DNA from: Podarcis pityusensis
Lineage: Eukaryota
Reading direction: 5' to 3' (one strand)
Length of the DNA: 64,000 bases
Assembly: GCA_964106645.2 (NCBI GenBank)
Contig: OZ067049.1
Shown here: in pieces, positions 24,892-37,979 of the stretch
How the letters are laid out: every line of letters begins with the position of its first letter
How positions within the stretch are numbered: position 1 is the first letter of the stretch
Notes under the pieces: model-generated
The model's database searches: none
The model's input: only the letters and a program-made list of their open reading frames with translations
What the model was told of the DNA's origin: nothing
Made by a program: the position numbers and the translations under genes

Positions 24892-24982
24892 AATTAAAAA
24901 ATTATCCAGTAGCACCTTAGAGACCAACTAAGTTTGTTCTTGGTATAAGCTTTCGTGTGCATACACACTTCTTCAGATACCA
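24892..24982 (-). mobile_element. Penelope-like element terminal (pLTR) fragment
   Basis: GTAGCACCTTAGAGACCAACTAAGTTTG...GCTTTCGTGTGCATACACACTTCTTCAGATAC matches my recall of the squamate Penelope terminal sequence. It carries a hammerhead motif. Confidence 0.8.
24941..24982 (-). ncRNA. Minimal type I hammerhead ribozyme (Penelope type)
   Basis: Minus strand reads TGGTAT-CTGAAGA-A-GTGTG-TATG-CACAC-GAAA-GC-TT-ATACCA: 6-bp stem I, CUGANGA box, 5-bp stem II, GAAA box and palindromic AAGCTT as a minimal stem III. Confidence 0.8.
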
Positions 24983-25051
24983 GTTAGGATATCTCAAAAT
25001 ATAGTATGCCATAAATGAACAGCAGGTAGTATGCTGGAGATTCCTGTAGGA

Positions 25052-25256
25052 CAATTTAATTTAATTTAATTTATTTAGATGTTTAACCTGCCCTGACTCC
25101 GATAGCTGAGAGCAGGTGGCAACATTAACACCAATTTATAACATAGCATTTAAAACATTGCAAGATAAAATTTGCATGATAAGAGAACAATTTAATTTAA
25201 TTTACTTACCCAACGTTTAACTTGCCCTATCTTTGAGGGCTCAGAGCAGGTGGTTG
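25052..25256 (-). repeat. Two tandem LINE 3'-tail-like units (probably L2) with (AATTT)n tails
   Basis: ACAATTTAATTTAATTT..GTTTAAC(C/T)TGCCCT..GAGCAGGTGG repeated at about 25052 and 25187. Confidence 0.55.
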
Positions 25257-25655
25257 CTTGCTTTTATTTTTTTTAATGATGTCTATTATTGTTTACACCT
25301 ATTTTTAAGTTGTATTGCAGCCCACCTTGCAAGGTTAATGTATTTTATTCAGTAAGCAATGAGTTTTCTATTCCCTCAGTATTTTAAACATCTTTTAAAT
25401 ATATTTTGTAACATTTAAAACATATTTTAAGTCCCTGCCAAATTTATTATGATTAATGGGTGCCAATACATTTTTGCTAGGTTTTTTGAGTTGTTGATTT
25501 TAATTATCACACATTTTATTCTACTGTGTGTTCTATATTGTATAAAATGGGTGGTTATATACATTTAATAAATAAATGTCAATAAGGACTCTCAGTGGCA
25601 TCTGCAACTATTATCCAAAAATATTCCAAGCTCTTTGCAGCCTGAGCCATGCTTT

Positions 25656-26001
25656 AAAAAAGGTAAAGGGACCCCTGACCCTTAGATCCAGTCGCAGACG
25701 ACTCTGGGGTTGCGGCGCTCATCTCGCTTTACCGGCTGAGGGAGCTGGTGTACAGCTTCCAGGTTATGTGGCCAGCATGACTAAGCCACTTCTGGCAAAC
25801 CAGAGCAGTGCACGGAAACGCTGTTTACCTTCCCGCCAGAGCGGGACCTATTTATCTACTTGCACTTTGACATGCTTTCAAATTGCTAGGTTAGCAGGAG
25901 CAGGGACCGAGCAATGGGAGCTCACCCTGTCACAAACCGCCAACCTTCTGATCGGCAAGCCCTAGGCTCTGTGGTTTAGTCCACAGCGCCACCCACGTCC
26001 C
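25656..26001 (-). mobile_element. Sauria SINE with a B-box deletion
   Basis: Matches the 13094 copy but lacks GGGGATTCG at about 25934. Imperfect TSD AGCCATG(C)TTTA. Confidence 0.92.
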
Positions 26002-27519
26002 TAAAGCCATGTTTACTCAGAAGTAATTTCCATTTCTCTCAATAATAATTTTTCTCAGATACTGTGCATAACATTGCAGCCTTAAAAGTGCCATTGTATA
26101 CATGCTTCCCCTATTCAGTAGGACTTGCTCCCTAGTTAAACGTGTTATTGCAGCCAGACTGTAAAATATTCAAACAAATGGGTGAGTGTATGTTTAATAT
26201 AAGCAGCTTATTTAACCTGTGAGAAAATTCCAAGTGTATAAAAAAATAAACTGCTAATGTGACCCATCCAGGATGCAAGTTAAGTTTATCGTAGGGAAAT
26301 AAAGGAAAAATCACCACTAGGAATAGGAAAGGAAATTTCTAAGAAGTTAAAGGTTCATGAGTCACAGAGGCACAGTTGCCTTGTATCATTTCAAAGGTAA
26401 ATTGAAGAGGCAACAGTTCCGTTTGAATACAACAAACAATAAAGAGTGAGGTTTTTTATTGTACCTAAGCTTGATGTTTAGTCAACAAACAGTCCCCCCC
26501 CCCTTGGTAAAGTGTTTGGTTTATTACTTAAAAGCCGACAGATGGGTCTAATCTTTTTAGGAAGGATGCAGGATAGGGCATGAGCAATAAAAAAAAAATT
26601 CTCTAATCCTGCAGTCAACTTCTTATCTTCATTGGAAAGGAAATAAACAGTCAGCAGTTTAGAAAAGTGAAGTGTATCACTTCAGCATTTCAGAAACATT
26701 TGAAGACACTCAAGGTGGGGTCAGAACTTCTAAATTACCAGGAATCTCTGCAACCTCATAAAGGTTTTAACTAGAAGCCAATGGAGGGATTTGGTGGGAT
26801 AATATGTGAGATTTTTCTTAAACTGTTCAGAATATGGTACACAGGTTTTGGAACTAACTAAGCTGTTAGAAGAGATGTGAGATTCAGAACTTACCACAAA
26901 TGTTAGATAAAAAACTCCCACAGAGAACAGAGTTTCCATTGTCTGCTGTTGATTGATAAGATTACAACATGGCAGCTACCGGCTTGCTGATAAGGCAGGC
27001 TTGCTTTCTATAGTGTAAGAAAACATGTAAAAAGCATAATACACTGCTGAAGAAATAATCTGCAAAAGAAGGCAAAGAAGATGTGAATTTTATCATGTCC
27101 TTACATTTCCCATCCATTGTGGAAATGTGACAATTTTTTTCCTCACAAATTAACTGAATGTTACTGTGAACCATCTTCTAAGATGGCAACTTGTAACCCA
27201 TGGTAAATTTAAAAGTAGCCACTATGTGGTAAATAATAGTTCATATCTACCCTACGTCTGGATTTTAAAAGTGCCTACCATCTCAGAGTTGTATTATCAG
27301 ATACTGGCTTTCATCCAGAGATCACATTTAGCTATGCCCAAGAGGATGTATAAGGACCCATTGGGACTGTTAATTTCTGCTCTCCTTTAAGAGCAGCATG
27401 CCATGCCACACAAATTGCTTTTTGAAATTCCCCAAGTTTCAAAAGTGATGTGCTATGCGACGGGGTGAGGGGGTGCTATTTGAGGGAGAAGTTGCCAAAA
27501 GTCCTGACAGGCATATTTT

Positions 27520-27700
27520 TATTTTATGTTTAATCATTACATCACATTTATATCCCCCATTTTATCTTTACAGCAACCTTATGAGGTAGGTTAGGCTGAG
27601 AGACAGGCCCAAGGTCACCCAGTGAGCTTCATGGCTGAGTGGGGATTTGAACCTTGATCTCCTCAGTCCTAGTCCAACGCTAAAACCTCTACACAATACT
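27520..27700 (-). mobile_element. Older CORE-type tRNA SINE (Squam3A/MIR-like)
   Basis: CAACCTTATGAGGTAGGTTAGGCTGAGA..CCCAAGGTCACCCAG..GGATTTGAACC, i.e. CORE domain plus reverse B-box. Confidence 0.75.
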
Positions 27701-28159
27701 AGATATAACCATAAGGACTTGGTTCTTCCACAGGGAAGAACGTGACTACGTGGAATTGGTTGTATAATTTTTATGGAATATGGTCATTGTAGCTAACAAG
27801 ATAATATATCTTGACTTTGTGATCTTTACCTAATTGCATATGAGGAACCTCAGTTCTCCTCTAATCTCATTCAAGAAGACCTCTTATATAGACATTGATT
27901 TGTTCAGGCAAACATGTCCCCAAACTGGGGCTGAACTGCTTCTTGGGTTCTTTCCATTTTTGATATTGAAAAGACCTCCCATATAAATATGTAAGTGTTA
28001 GCTACAAAACAACAACAACCTGACACATACTCCGAAGGTTTTTGGATCGCTTGGTAAACCGTAAACTTTGGTTTGCTGAAATGTAAAAACTGGACTGCTG
28101 ATGCCACAGAGAGGTAGAAGAAAAACTGGTGTGTAGCATTATATTTGTAACCAGATTTC

Positions 28160-28431
28160 CTGCTTTCTGCCAACCTAGCAGTTCGAGAGCACGTCAAAGT
28201 GCAAGTAGATAAATAGGTACCACTCCGGCAGGAAGGTAAATGGTGTTTCCATGTGCTGCTCTGGTTTCGGTGTTCCGTTGCACCATAAGCAGCTTAGTCA
28301 TGCTGGCCACATGACCCGGAAAAACTGCAGACAAATGCCAGCTCCCTCGGCCTGTAAAGCGAGATGAGTGCCGCAACCCCAGAGTTGTCTGCAACTGGAC
28401 TTAACTGTCAGTAAACTTTACCTTTACCTTT
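28160..28431 (+). mobile_element. 5'-truncated Sauria SINE, variant subfamily
   Basis: Core and (ACCTTT)n tail present, tRNA head absent. Carries an extra GTGTTCCGTTG segment relative to the other three copies. Confidence 0.9.
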
Positions 28432-30196
28432 TATATGGTAGAATGTTCCATTGAGAGGCTAAACCACATCCTTTCTCTTGCACAAATAATTTTCAGTTTC
28501 TGGCACAATATATATTTGAGCTGCAGTACTATTTTAATCCTGAATATTCTGTGGTTTATGATGTGCCTTTGGTTCTGAACCAGGAAAGCAGAACTGAGCC
28601 AAGGCTACTCAGATTTTTGTAAACTTTTCCGGCAGTGTGGAATTCTTCCATACACTATTTTTGGCGTTCCTTGTGGACATGTTGACAGTGCCCTTCTTTC
28701 TCGATTGCCTTCATTCACCTTCAGTGACATCATCATACAGCCCAATGATGGATTGCGCTACTTTGTGATATGTATATATATATATATACCTCATACTACC
28801 CAAAAATTGAAATTGGAGGACATTCTATACAGCTCAAGGTAAAACTAAGTTTGCTGTTCTTGCAGGCAACCATTTTGAAAAGCATGTGGTGTAACGTGCT
28901 GTACTTACATATTTCACTCCTCATTTTGTTTTCACTCTTGGCCTGAGATTTTGGTAGTAATCTCCATGGTTTACACTGGGATTGTGCTGACACCGGGGTG
29001 TTCAAGCACAGTCTCCTGTCAATTTCTTCACTATCACACAGAGCAGTTGCATTCCCTTTCCCTAATGAAAATATATGGGCCTACAGTTTCTGCGCTGCAC
29101 ATTAACCGAGCAGACAGTAAGGCTACCATTGCCGGAGGCTAACTGAGAAAGCTGTCTCCTCTCCACTTCTTTCATCGAAGCCCCTGCTTGACTTTCACTC
29201 TCGGTAGTAGAGTCAGATGCAAAAAAGCACGGTCCTATTAAGAGGCTGTCCTCCAAATTCTCTGCCTGTTCGCCTCCAGTAAATACATCTGGAGAATTAT
29301 TTTATAATAGCCCGTCCTGGGCACGCAAGCAGCTAGTTCTCATTCAAATGAAACAATGCAAGTAAGATTCTTGGCCGCTTTGTTAAGAGAAGAATCATTC
29401 AAGCACAGCACTCAGCCTGGCCCAAAATGAGCTATCTTGAATAGAAGTGGCATGCCTGAGCACGGTAAACAATGACCACCTGCTATTTTCTCTACTGCAA
29501 CCCAAGGATAAGGGGCACTTTATTATTTTAACTAGCTTTCAGCCTCACATGCATATCCCGGTGGATATCAATCAACACATTTCGAGCCATAATGATATCA
29601 AGAGCGTACCATTTTTAAAGGCCCTTTTCATAAAATATAAGGTCAAATGAAACTTTAATCTTTAAAAGGGAGAAAATATGTCATTGTTATGCGGGAATTA
29701 AAAAATGGGAGTAAATTTTGACTGACTTTTAAGGTAGACAATGGAACCCCGTGCGTTATCCACGAAGAAAATAATTGCCATTTTATGAGGGCCTTTTCCA
29801 TGAATTATTATTGAAAAGGGATAACACCAGCCTGCATAATCCATTGCTCCTAAGTAGGCAACAATCTTTAAATAGTAATTAGCAAAGGTGGTTTGGTAAA
29901 AAGCCAGAGTAAATTGGAATGGTCACCCATTGTCATGTCCTTCTTTTAAAATGCCTTTTAAAATGCAAGCTCAAAAATTAGATCGCAAAGTAATATAAAT
30001 TAAATGGCACTAATAAAAAGGAACAATACATATGCATCCTTGCAATTATATCTTACAGCCTGCATCTACAAGTCACTGTACAAGAACAATAGCTCACATG
30101 GCTGGCTTCTAGTTGTGGTGAATGACCTTGCTTGACCTTCATTTGGAATCAACTTAGGAAAGAGCAAGCTTCCTCACTGAGCATTTGTAAAACTCA

Positions 30197-30511
30197 GGCC
30201 ACATCTGCACTATACATTTAAAGCAGTATCATACCACTTCAAATAGCCATGGCTTCCCTCATAGGATGCCAGGAACTGTTGTTTGCTATGGGTGCTGACA
30301 GTTTTTAGGAAGCCTCCTGTTATCCCTCGCAGAGCTAAAATTCTCACAGAGGTTTAACAATCAATCCGTCTTTCTGGGGAACTCTGGGAATTGTAGGTGG
30401 TCTCATAACAACTCTCAGTAGTGGCCTTAACAAACTGCAATGCCCAGAGGGGAATCCATGACAGTTTAAAGTGGTTTGACCCTGCTTTAAATGTGCACCA
30501 CAGATGAGACC
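30197..30511. mobile_element. Palindromic Harbinger-like MITE
   Basis: GGCCACATCTGCACTATACATTTAAAGCAG ... CTGCTTTAAATGTG..CAGATGAGACC; colinear with 53126-53703. Confidence 0.7.
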
Positions 30512-30566
30512 TCCGTTTACAATAGTTCCCCCCCCCACCAGTTTATAATATCGGTATATGTACAGT

Positions 30567-30706
30567 CAATGCTTTTTTTCTAAAAAAAATAAATGTTTAG
30601 GGGTATTTTCATTTTCCTACTCATATTGAAATACTGCCCCTCAATGAGGCCAAACTTAGATTCACAAATGTTTAGGGGTATGCGTCCCCCCTGAAAAAAA
30701 GCACTG
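30567..30706. mobile_element. Short hAT-like MITE
   Basis: TIRs CAATGCTTTTTTTC / GAAAAAAAGCACTG; partial TSD TGTACAGT / TGTACCAC. The same end motif occurs near 3495-3514. Confidence 0.7.
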
Positions 30707-33700
30707 TGTACCACAAACATGTTCCTTATTGTATTACTGTCTGGCAATTGTAGTTCCCAGCACTGGTTATGGCAGAGAGGGGCTTGGAAATTCAAACCCC
30801 ACCACCACCTCTGAAATCAGAGGGGTGTAGATGAGGATGGCACACAGCAGCTGCATAAAACATCTGCAAACACAAAAACAAAAACCCCAGAGATTTAATA
30901 AAAACAGAAGATTGCTTGATTGAGTTGTAGTTGACAACTATCAACAGGTGTCATGTAGAATAAGGGGGAACAAATATTCTTGTAGTTCTACAGAGGACCC
31001 AGCTTTGAGGTAGATGTAGATTGCAGCAGACATGGGGGACCTGTGGCCGCTCAGGCGCCACTGGATTCCAATTCATCCGGCCCAATCAGCATGGCCAATG
31101 GTCAGGGGTGATGAGAATTGTAGCCTAACAATTTCTGGAGAACCACAGGTGTTTCACCCCGGATTACATTGATTGACAAGTTCTAGATGCAGCAGCAAAT
31201 GACACACACACCCTCCAAGGTGCATACTATCCAAAAGTTATTTTGGCACCCAAGGCAGAACACTCCCTCCCTGTCAGTAAAAAGACTAATAATAAATTAA
31301 ACAGTTAACAAATTTCTGCCCTGTCATGGCATAGTAGGCTCACTCTGCATTATGGCAGAATTGCAAGAATCTGCAAAGCAACTTTGCTTTGGATACCTGG
31401 TCTGCTGAATACCGATTGCACATGGCCAGAATCTCACAAATTCCCAATTTACATTTTGAACAGGAGAACAGTTTGAGAGGAGAGCAGCACTCGGTGCATA
31501 ATAGGGCCAAACATTAGAGGCTGGGCAGATTTGTATTCCAATCCAAGTAATTCTGAACTTTGGCAACACCGCTATTAAGAGCGTTCTAAATGATAGCTGT
31601 GCATCAGCATTCATCAACAATCTCATCTAGTGGGGTGACAAATCAATAGCAGAGCATCTGAATTGTATGGAGAACATAAAAGCTATGCAGTGCAATTTTC
31701 TATGTGTTTAAACTAGTAAGTCCCACTGTGTTCAGAGGTGCTGAAGGAACAGTATTTAGGATACCAGTTTTAATCCATTACGGCCATAGTTAAAAAATAT
31801 CATTCTGTGGCTGAGATGGGCCACTCCCTGAGTCCCTGGAAAGCTACTGATATTCTATCTGGCAATTGCAGGGGGTTGGACTAGATGATCCTCATGTGAC
31901 TTTGAAATACCACACACACACACACAAGTTCAAAAAGCATCATTCAATGTTGAATTGGGTTTAGACCCTTCCAGTTCAAAATGGGTTCACTTCTACCACT
32001 TGTCAACCTCCCTTCTCAGTTTAGCCCAGCTCTTTCCCAAAGAATCATAACAGAAATCTGTGACCTATTAGATAAGCAAGGGGACACACTACAAACAGGA
32101 AAGGCCTTATTGGCTTCCTTAACTTAACCCCCTACCAGGAAGCATATCATTTGTATTTTCAGTTGCTTTCCAGTGGATCTGAAACTGAATTGGGAGGTAG
32201 AGGAAACTACCATTTCCCATGCTCCCTGGTAGGAAATAATATGTTTCGTTTTGAACAGCAAATTCATACCACAAAGAATTATATTTGCCATTTTATTATT
32301 ATTCTAATTTCTATTGAGAACAATATTAATATTAATTTCTATGTGTCAACAAACATTTTCCACACTCTTCCCCTTTAAACCAGAATGCATCCTAGGTAGC
32401 AAGCAGGGATTAAACCAGAGTTTCCCTCTTTGGCTATAATGCGAAACTGTTGTTTAAACTTGTAGCAATATCACTGCTAATGCTGGGAGAGTGAGGGGGG
32501 AAAGGGTACAGAAGAACACAAGCCTAATACTAGGATTGATAAGCCATCAGTGATGGCTGAATTAGGCTGTTGAAATTTTGTCCTGAGTTTCCTTGAATTT
32601 TGGGAATTAACAAATGTGTCTTTCCACTGGGAGCATGGGTGCCGATCAGGTGGTTCAGTTCCACTGGGAGGAAGAGTGTCATACATTTGCCCTCACAAAC
32701 TTGGCAGTTTTATTCTATGCACATCCCCGCAGCAAGTAAAAGGCACCTATTAGCTTTAATCATTCAATTTATAAGTTGCCCTATAATAGTAGGGTAAAAC
32801 GAGTTTAAACACTGACCAACACCACAATCCCAACCATGTGAACTCAAAAGTCAGGATGTAAGAAGGCATTTTTTTAATTCCACCTTGCCACATTGCATGT
32901 GGCCACATTTGCCACATGCAGGAATGTTTCCCTTCCGCTGCAGTTCATCTTCTGCCAAAAACTATGTTATTGCTCTCTACGGTGAAATTATGTAGCTTAC
33001 ATAATTTACACAATTACATAAATTATGTACTGAAGTTGTCATTATGTCTTTCCACCCCATTTCATTTCAGTGCAAAGGAAATGGGATGCAAAGGGGAGAA
33101 GCACAATCATTCATGTATCTTTGTAGACAAAATAACAACAGCAAATACTCATTGTATTCACTGGACTAATTTCTGTTTCAGACATGGAGCGAATAAGCAA
33201 ACATTGGCAATTTCAACTCCTGTTTCCATTTTTGTCGGAATTTTCTGACATCCCTACTCAGTTCTTTTGTATTCAGTGGGGCTTGCTTCCAGGTAGGTGT
33301 TGTTAGCATTGCATCCAAAACTAAAATGGGCAATGGCTTAAAATGTAATTATAATGGTGCAAAACCACAACTATGGAATCAAGACAAATCTCTTTAAAAC
33401 AGAGAGCAGGAGAACAAAGCATCTCCCCACCACAAAACAAGGAGCAAGTCAAAAAAAATACTACTGACAGCACATGTGCAGAGGGTGCTGAAGAGTGTGG
33501 GAGAGGAAGCAGTGGAGCAAAAGCTTTCAGTCAAGGGAGAAGTTCAGAGAAGCATGGATGGAGTCTTGGCATGGAGTCAAGCAAGAGGACAGGGGAAGAT
33601 ATTATCAGGAACTAAGCTCCTGGGGCTTCGGATTACACTGGTAGAGTGGTGAGGATGCTTTAAAAAAATGTGTTTTAGTATGTGCATTATGTTTTATAGG

Positions 33701-33794
33701 ATTTTTTTTTAAGGCTAGGGATGTATTCAATGGAATCCCTTTGCTGACTGCCATTGGAGCACAGGACCCTGCTTTACACTGAATCAAACCACTT

Positions 33795-33945
33795 ATCTAT
33801 CTAGCTCACTGGTGTCTACACTGACTGGAAGTATATTTCCAGATTTTTCAGGCAGGGAGCACTTCCCAGACCTACTGGCGATGACAGTAATTGAACCTGG
33901 GACCTTCTGTATGGAAAGTAGATGTTCTACCACTGGGCTATAGCG
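33795..33945 (-). mobile_element. Squam2-type tRNA SINE
   Basis: Minus strand GCTATAGCCCAGTGGTAGAACATCT..GAAGGTCCCAGGTTCAAT (A and B boxes) followed by CAGTCAGTGTAGACA..GAGCTAGAT. Confidence 0.75.
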
Positions 33946-35600
33946 AGTGATCTGGTGGAGGTCTGCCATAAACAGCAAAAAGAAGTAGCTTCCATGCCAC
34001 TTAGCACTGTTCCAAAAGGTCCCTCAACCCTCTGAAGCAGATTGGGGAGTGCAGCAGGTCACAGATGGAATGGGGAGTCACCAATACTGTTGGATCTAAG
34101 TATCTTCTGTCAGCAGGCACAACTGCATACAACCATAAGCGCCCCAACCATTTGAGATGGGGAGATGAGACATACATGTGAATTTAATAAAGACCACGAT
34201 CATTATCACCATCATCACCATCACGAAGAAAGCGTATATTAATGCACCCATGGAAATGCTGTGAACTCTCTGGGCCTTTGGGGGATTGCCCAAGAGCTAA
34301 ATATGAAACAAATAACATTCTTGGCCACTTGGCAAGAAAAAGAAATTTCTCTTTCCCCGAGTCCCTAATTTTAAAACACTATATTATATTCTGTCTGCTA
34401 AATATTGTCAGAGATATAAGAATCTATTAATCAAGGAACCCATTAAATCTGTTAGTTATGTTCATCCCACAGTTTTATCACCTGTGAGTTATTAGGCTGT
34501 AAATTACACGCAAAACTTGCTGAGAAAAGCCAAGATAACTGGTGTATATAGAAGCTTTCGTGGAATGGGAAGCCAGGCAATGAGGCTTGGGGCGTATGTG
34601 GAGGTCAGGCAATGAAAGTTAATTATTATGTGACGTCCAGAACAGAGTAGAACTGCAGAATTCCTTTGCTGACCACTGCAATTTTGGGAGGAACAATGTT
34701 ACTATCCATAAATTATTTCTTCACTCAAGACAATTGTGGCTGTTGTTCAACCGTCCAAACCTATGCAAGTCCCAGCGAGACATATTTATTCATAAGTGTG
34801 CTTAGAATTGCAGCCCAAAACCTCCAAGCTTCTATAATGGCACCTGGATGAAGAAGGCTTGTGGTTAGCTTATCAGCTGAATAAATAAAGCTAACAGGAG
34901 CCTTTTGCACACAGTATAATCCCATGCTGCTGCAGTGTGCATAGAATAACACCAGCAAGTTCAGACTTACTGACACGCTTCCAGCTTTGACTAAGTATCC
35001 AAGTTGTGACAGTTGCTATGAGGTAAGCAAACCCCCCAAGACAGGCCCAAATTTGTCTGCAGGCAAATTCTTCCCTGGTCCCGAATACAGTCCACAGCAA
35101 GGTCATGCAAGAGCACTGTCTACTCCAGGCAGGACCAAGATATACAGTGCGAGTGGGTGGGGCATCTGTTGCTGGCTGTGCTGCCAGAATATAAGGTCTG
35201 AAGGTTCCTCAGGTCCATTTCCGCAACCATGCCCCTGGAACTCCCAATATAGTTTAGAGGCCTCCAGTCGCAATTGACCAATTAGAATTTGAATTTTTGG
35301 TGGTATGGCCCAGGAGACCCTGCGACTGGCTGAGGCCGATAATGCCACATTGGTTATGCAGGAGAAGATCCTCCCTCCCTCATGGCTGGGCTGGGCTGGG
35401 CTGCAATTGCTACTGCCAATGATATGGTAAGCGGTTCTTCTGCTGGCTCAGCAAATGAAGGGATCCAGCTTCTATTGTGACTGGGATTGTTGTGCATGTT
35501 ATGCCTCCCTACAGTGTCTCCCCATCAAAAATCATCTCCCCCCGCCCCGCAGTTTCTTTTGCCTCCATACTGCTGTTATTTCTTTAAATATAGCGTGCGC

Positions 35601-35643
35601 TCTCTCTCTCTCTCTCTATATATATATACAGTATATATATATA
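35601..35643 (+). repeat. (CT)n(TA)n microsatellite
   Basis: Direct repeat. Confidence 0.85.
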
Positions 35644-35821
35644 AAACAGGTTCAGGATGGACAATCACACAGCAAATGTATCATCTATTCCAGGTCATCA
35701 TAGGGTGAGGGAGTAATGGCATGAATTTAATAGTTTACATAAAATATACTTTTATTTAAAAGGATTAAAAACATTTTTAAAAGCTGAAGTTTAGAGATTG
35801 TGGGTTCTTTGTGCTTGGGCT

Positions 35822-35855
<34 letters not shown>

Positions 35856-35859
35856 TGTG
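35822..35859 (+). repeat. (CT)n(GT)n microsatellite
   Basis: Direct repeat. Confidence 0.9.
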
Positions 35860-36851
35860 ATTAAAGCTTTGAGGGGAAATGGTCAAGTCACTTTTAACAT
35901 AGGGTAACACAAGGTAGGGTAACACTAGTTAAAGCACCAGTGCTCCTTTAAAATGTGTTGACAAAAATTACTTTAAGCCAGGGAGCCTGGCCCTTGTGAC
36001 ATGAAATGCTTCATGCAGCATCACGCTGAGGTCCCTCCTTAATTTGCATGTGCATTTATATAAATTTACATATAGTTGGCCTGCGAGTGAACAGTAAGCT
36101 GTGATGCTTGCTATTAAGGTTCAGCGGTGGTGTTATTAGGTGACGGTTGCATCTGAGCAAAAATAAGGGCTGAGAGATGGAAAAGGTTACGTTGTCTATA
36201 AACCTTGGGCAATGTTCTCCCGTTGAATATTTTATTTCAATTCCAGTCAGTCTTGGGGATGAAACTATAAAATTTTGCATTACCCGGTTTCAGATTTAAA
36301 CATTTATGGTTTCTGAAGTGGACTTAAATATATCCCAGGCACATTACAACCTGATGATGGCTTTTCAGCATTTTGCATTGGTTCTATATGAAATTTAAAC
36401 GTCCCCTTTCTTCCAGGGAAATAAAATAAAAAGCAGGGATATTAATATAGAGCATAAATTATACTAACCTTTAAGGTTTTATCCTGTTGTTATTTTTTAT
36501 TTGCAGCTCCTCCGTCTTTCCCTTGCCAAGCCTCTTTTTCTTTTTTATGATTTAGTTAGTATAAAAGCCTGCTTCTCACTTAGCGGATAGCATACAGCTC
36601 TGATTACGAGTGTTCTAGGGCAGGGTTTAGAAACCTTTGGCCCTCCTCCAGTTGTTGGAGTCCAACTCCCATCTGTGCCAGACAGCATGGCCAGTGGACA
36701 GGAATGATGGGAGTTGTAGTACAGCAGCACCTGGAGGCTGCAAGTCCTTTTCGAGTAAAGAGAAAGCCTAACTCATCTAAACAAAGTGCAGCTCATTCAA
36801 AAATCTATACCACACCTTGAAAAGACATGCTACCTACTTTGTTATTGAGTA

Positions 36852-37098
36852 CAGTGGTACCTCTAGATACATTCTGGAGCCCCGTTCACATCTAGAGGTA
36901 AACGTAACTAGCGACGGCACGTCTGCACACGTGCGCCGCTTTTTGCCACTTCTGCGCATGCGCGTGGCATCATTTTGAGCATCTGTGCATGCACAAGTTG
37001 CGAAACCCAGAAGTAATGCGCTCCGTTACTTCTGGGTTGCCGTGGAGCGCAACTCGAACGTGCTCAACTCGAAGCGTATTCAACCCGAGGTATGACTG
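36852..37098. mobile_element. Tigger/pogo-type (Tc1-mariner) MITE
   Basis: TIRs CAGTGGTACCTC / GAGGTATGACTG flanked by TA on both sides; CpG-rich interior. Confidence 0.85.
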
Positions 37099-37124
37099 TA
37101 GCCTCAACTGATTGGAGTAGATTT

Positions 37125-37300
37125 TGTTGTTCCTGGCATCTGTCAGTCTCAAGAGACAATGGACTGTGCCTCCAGGGGTGAAGTCAAAGCACTCTGTTAC
37201 CAGCACAAAAGTGATTTTCCATGGTGTGAATGGCTAGGCAGTGTGCATGGATGTCCTGGGCTGCACAGATGAAAGGACCTCATTATGGCCTCTGTCACAT
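37125..37300 (+). mobile_element. Degenerate 5' part of an RTE-related repeat
   Basis: GGCATCTGTCAGTCTCAAGAGACAATGG..CCTCCAGGGGTGAAGTCAAA resembles a lacertid RTE-associated 5' sequence (recall only). Confidence 0.35.
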
Positions 37301-37979
37301 GCAGAAGGAACACAACTTGCAGTCCCTCAAGAGATGCTGCCCCTCACCCAATACACCATACATCTCTGGAGCAGATTAGGAGGCAGGATAAGGCAGAAAG
37401 TGAGTTGGCACTGGCTCGAGAGAGAGCTTACCTGGGCCCCACAATATTTTATTCAAGTTGGCACCCTTGCCCTAGTTGGTGTTCATTTAAAGCAGCAAGT
37501 TGTCATGATCCAGCACTGTGGAAATATTCATAACTGAAAAAGGTTGAGTGTGCTTTTCTGTGCGTATGAGGAAGCCTGCATTTCGGTGAAATGAAATGTG
37601 ATTGCATGCACAGGAAAAAAAGGGAGGCCGAGAAATTTGGGTAAATGTTGAAATTGCTTTTGCTTTCATCAGCATATAAATTAGGCCAAGCAGGGCCACT
37701 ATTAGTGCAGAACCAGTGAACAGTGAACCAGTGAACATGGCAGAAATGATAAGAGTAGTCCCCTTCATGAGGGAACCATGCAATATGGGATTACATTGAC
37801 GGCTTTGAAGACATGGGCAGCAACAGAAGAAAGTCTATGCATGGTAACCTCTGTGCCAGCTGGAAGCCCGGTCATTATTTATTTATACACAATTTTCCCA
37901 GCAGTCTCATAGCTGGCTTGTGGACTTTGAAGATGGATTGCAGTGGGAATCACATGACCTTGGCCCAGAGGTGGAACTG

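Noticed and set aside
27582-27600. TGAGGTAG let-7-like seed
   Set aside because: It is part of the CORE-SINE body, and the rest does not match let-7.
7745-28394. Recurrent peptide 'RLPSRRSGTYLSTCT' suggesting a gene family
   Set aside because: It is the antisense translation of Sauria SINE copies.
37125-37200. Possible HDV-like ribozyme at an RTE 5' end
   Set aside because: I could not build the nested double pseudoknot from this degenerate copy; the family consensus would be needed.
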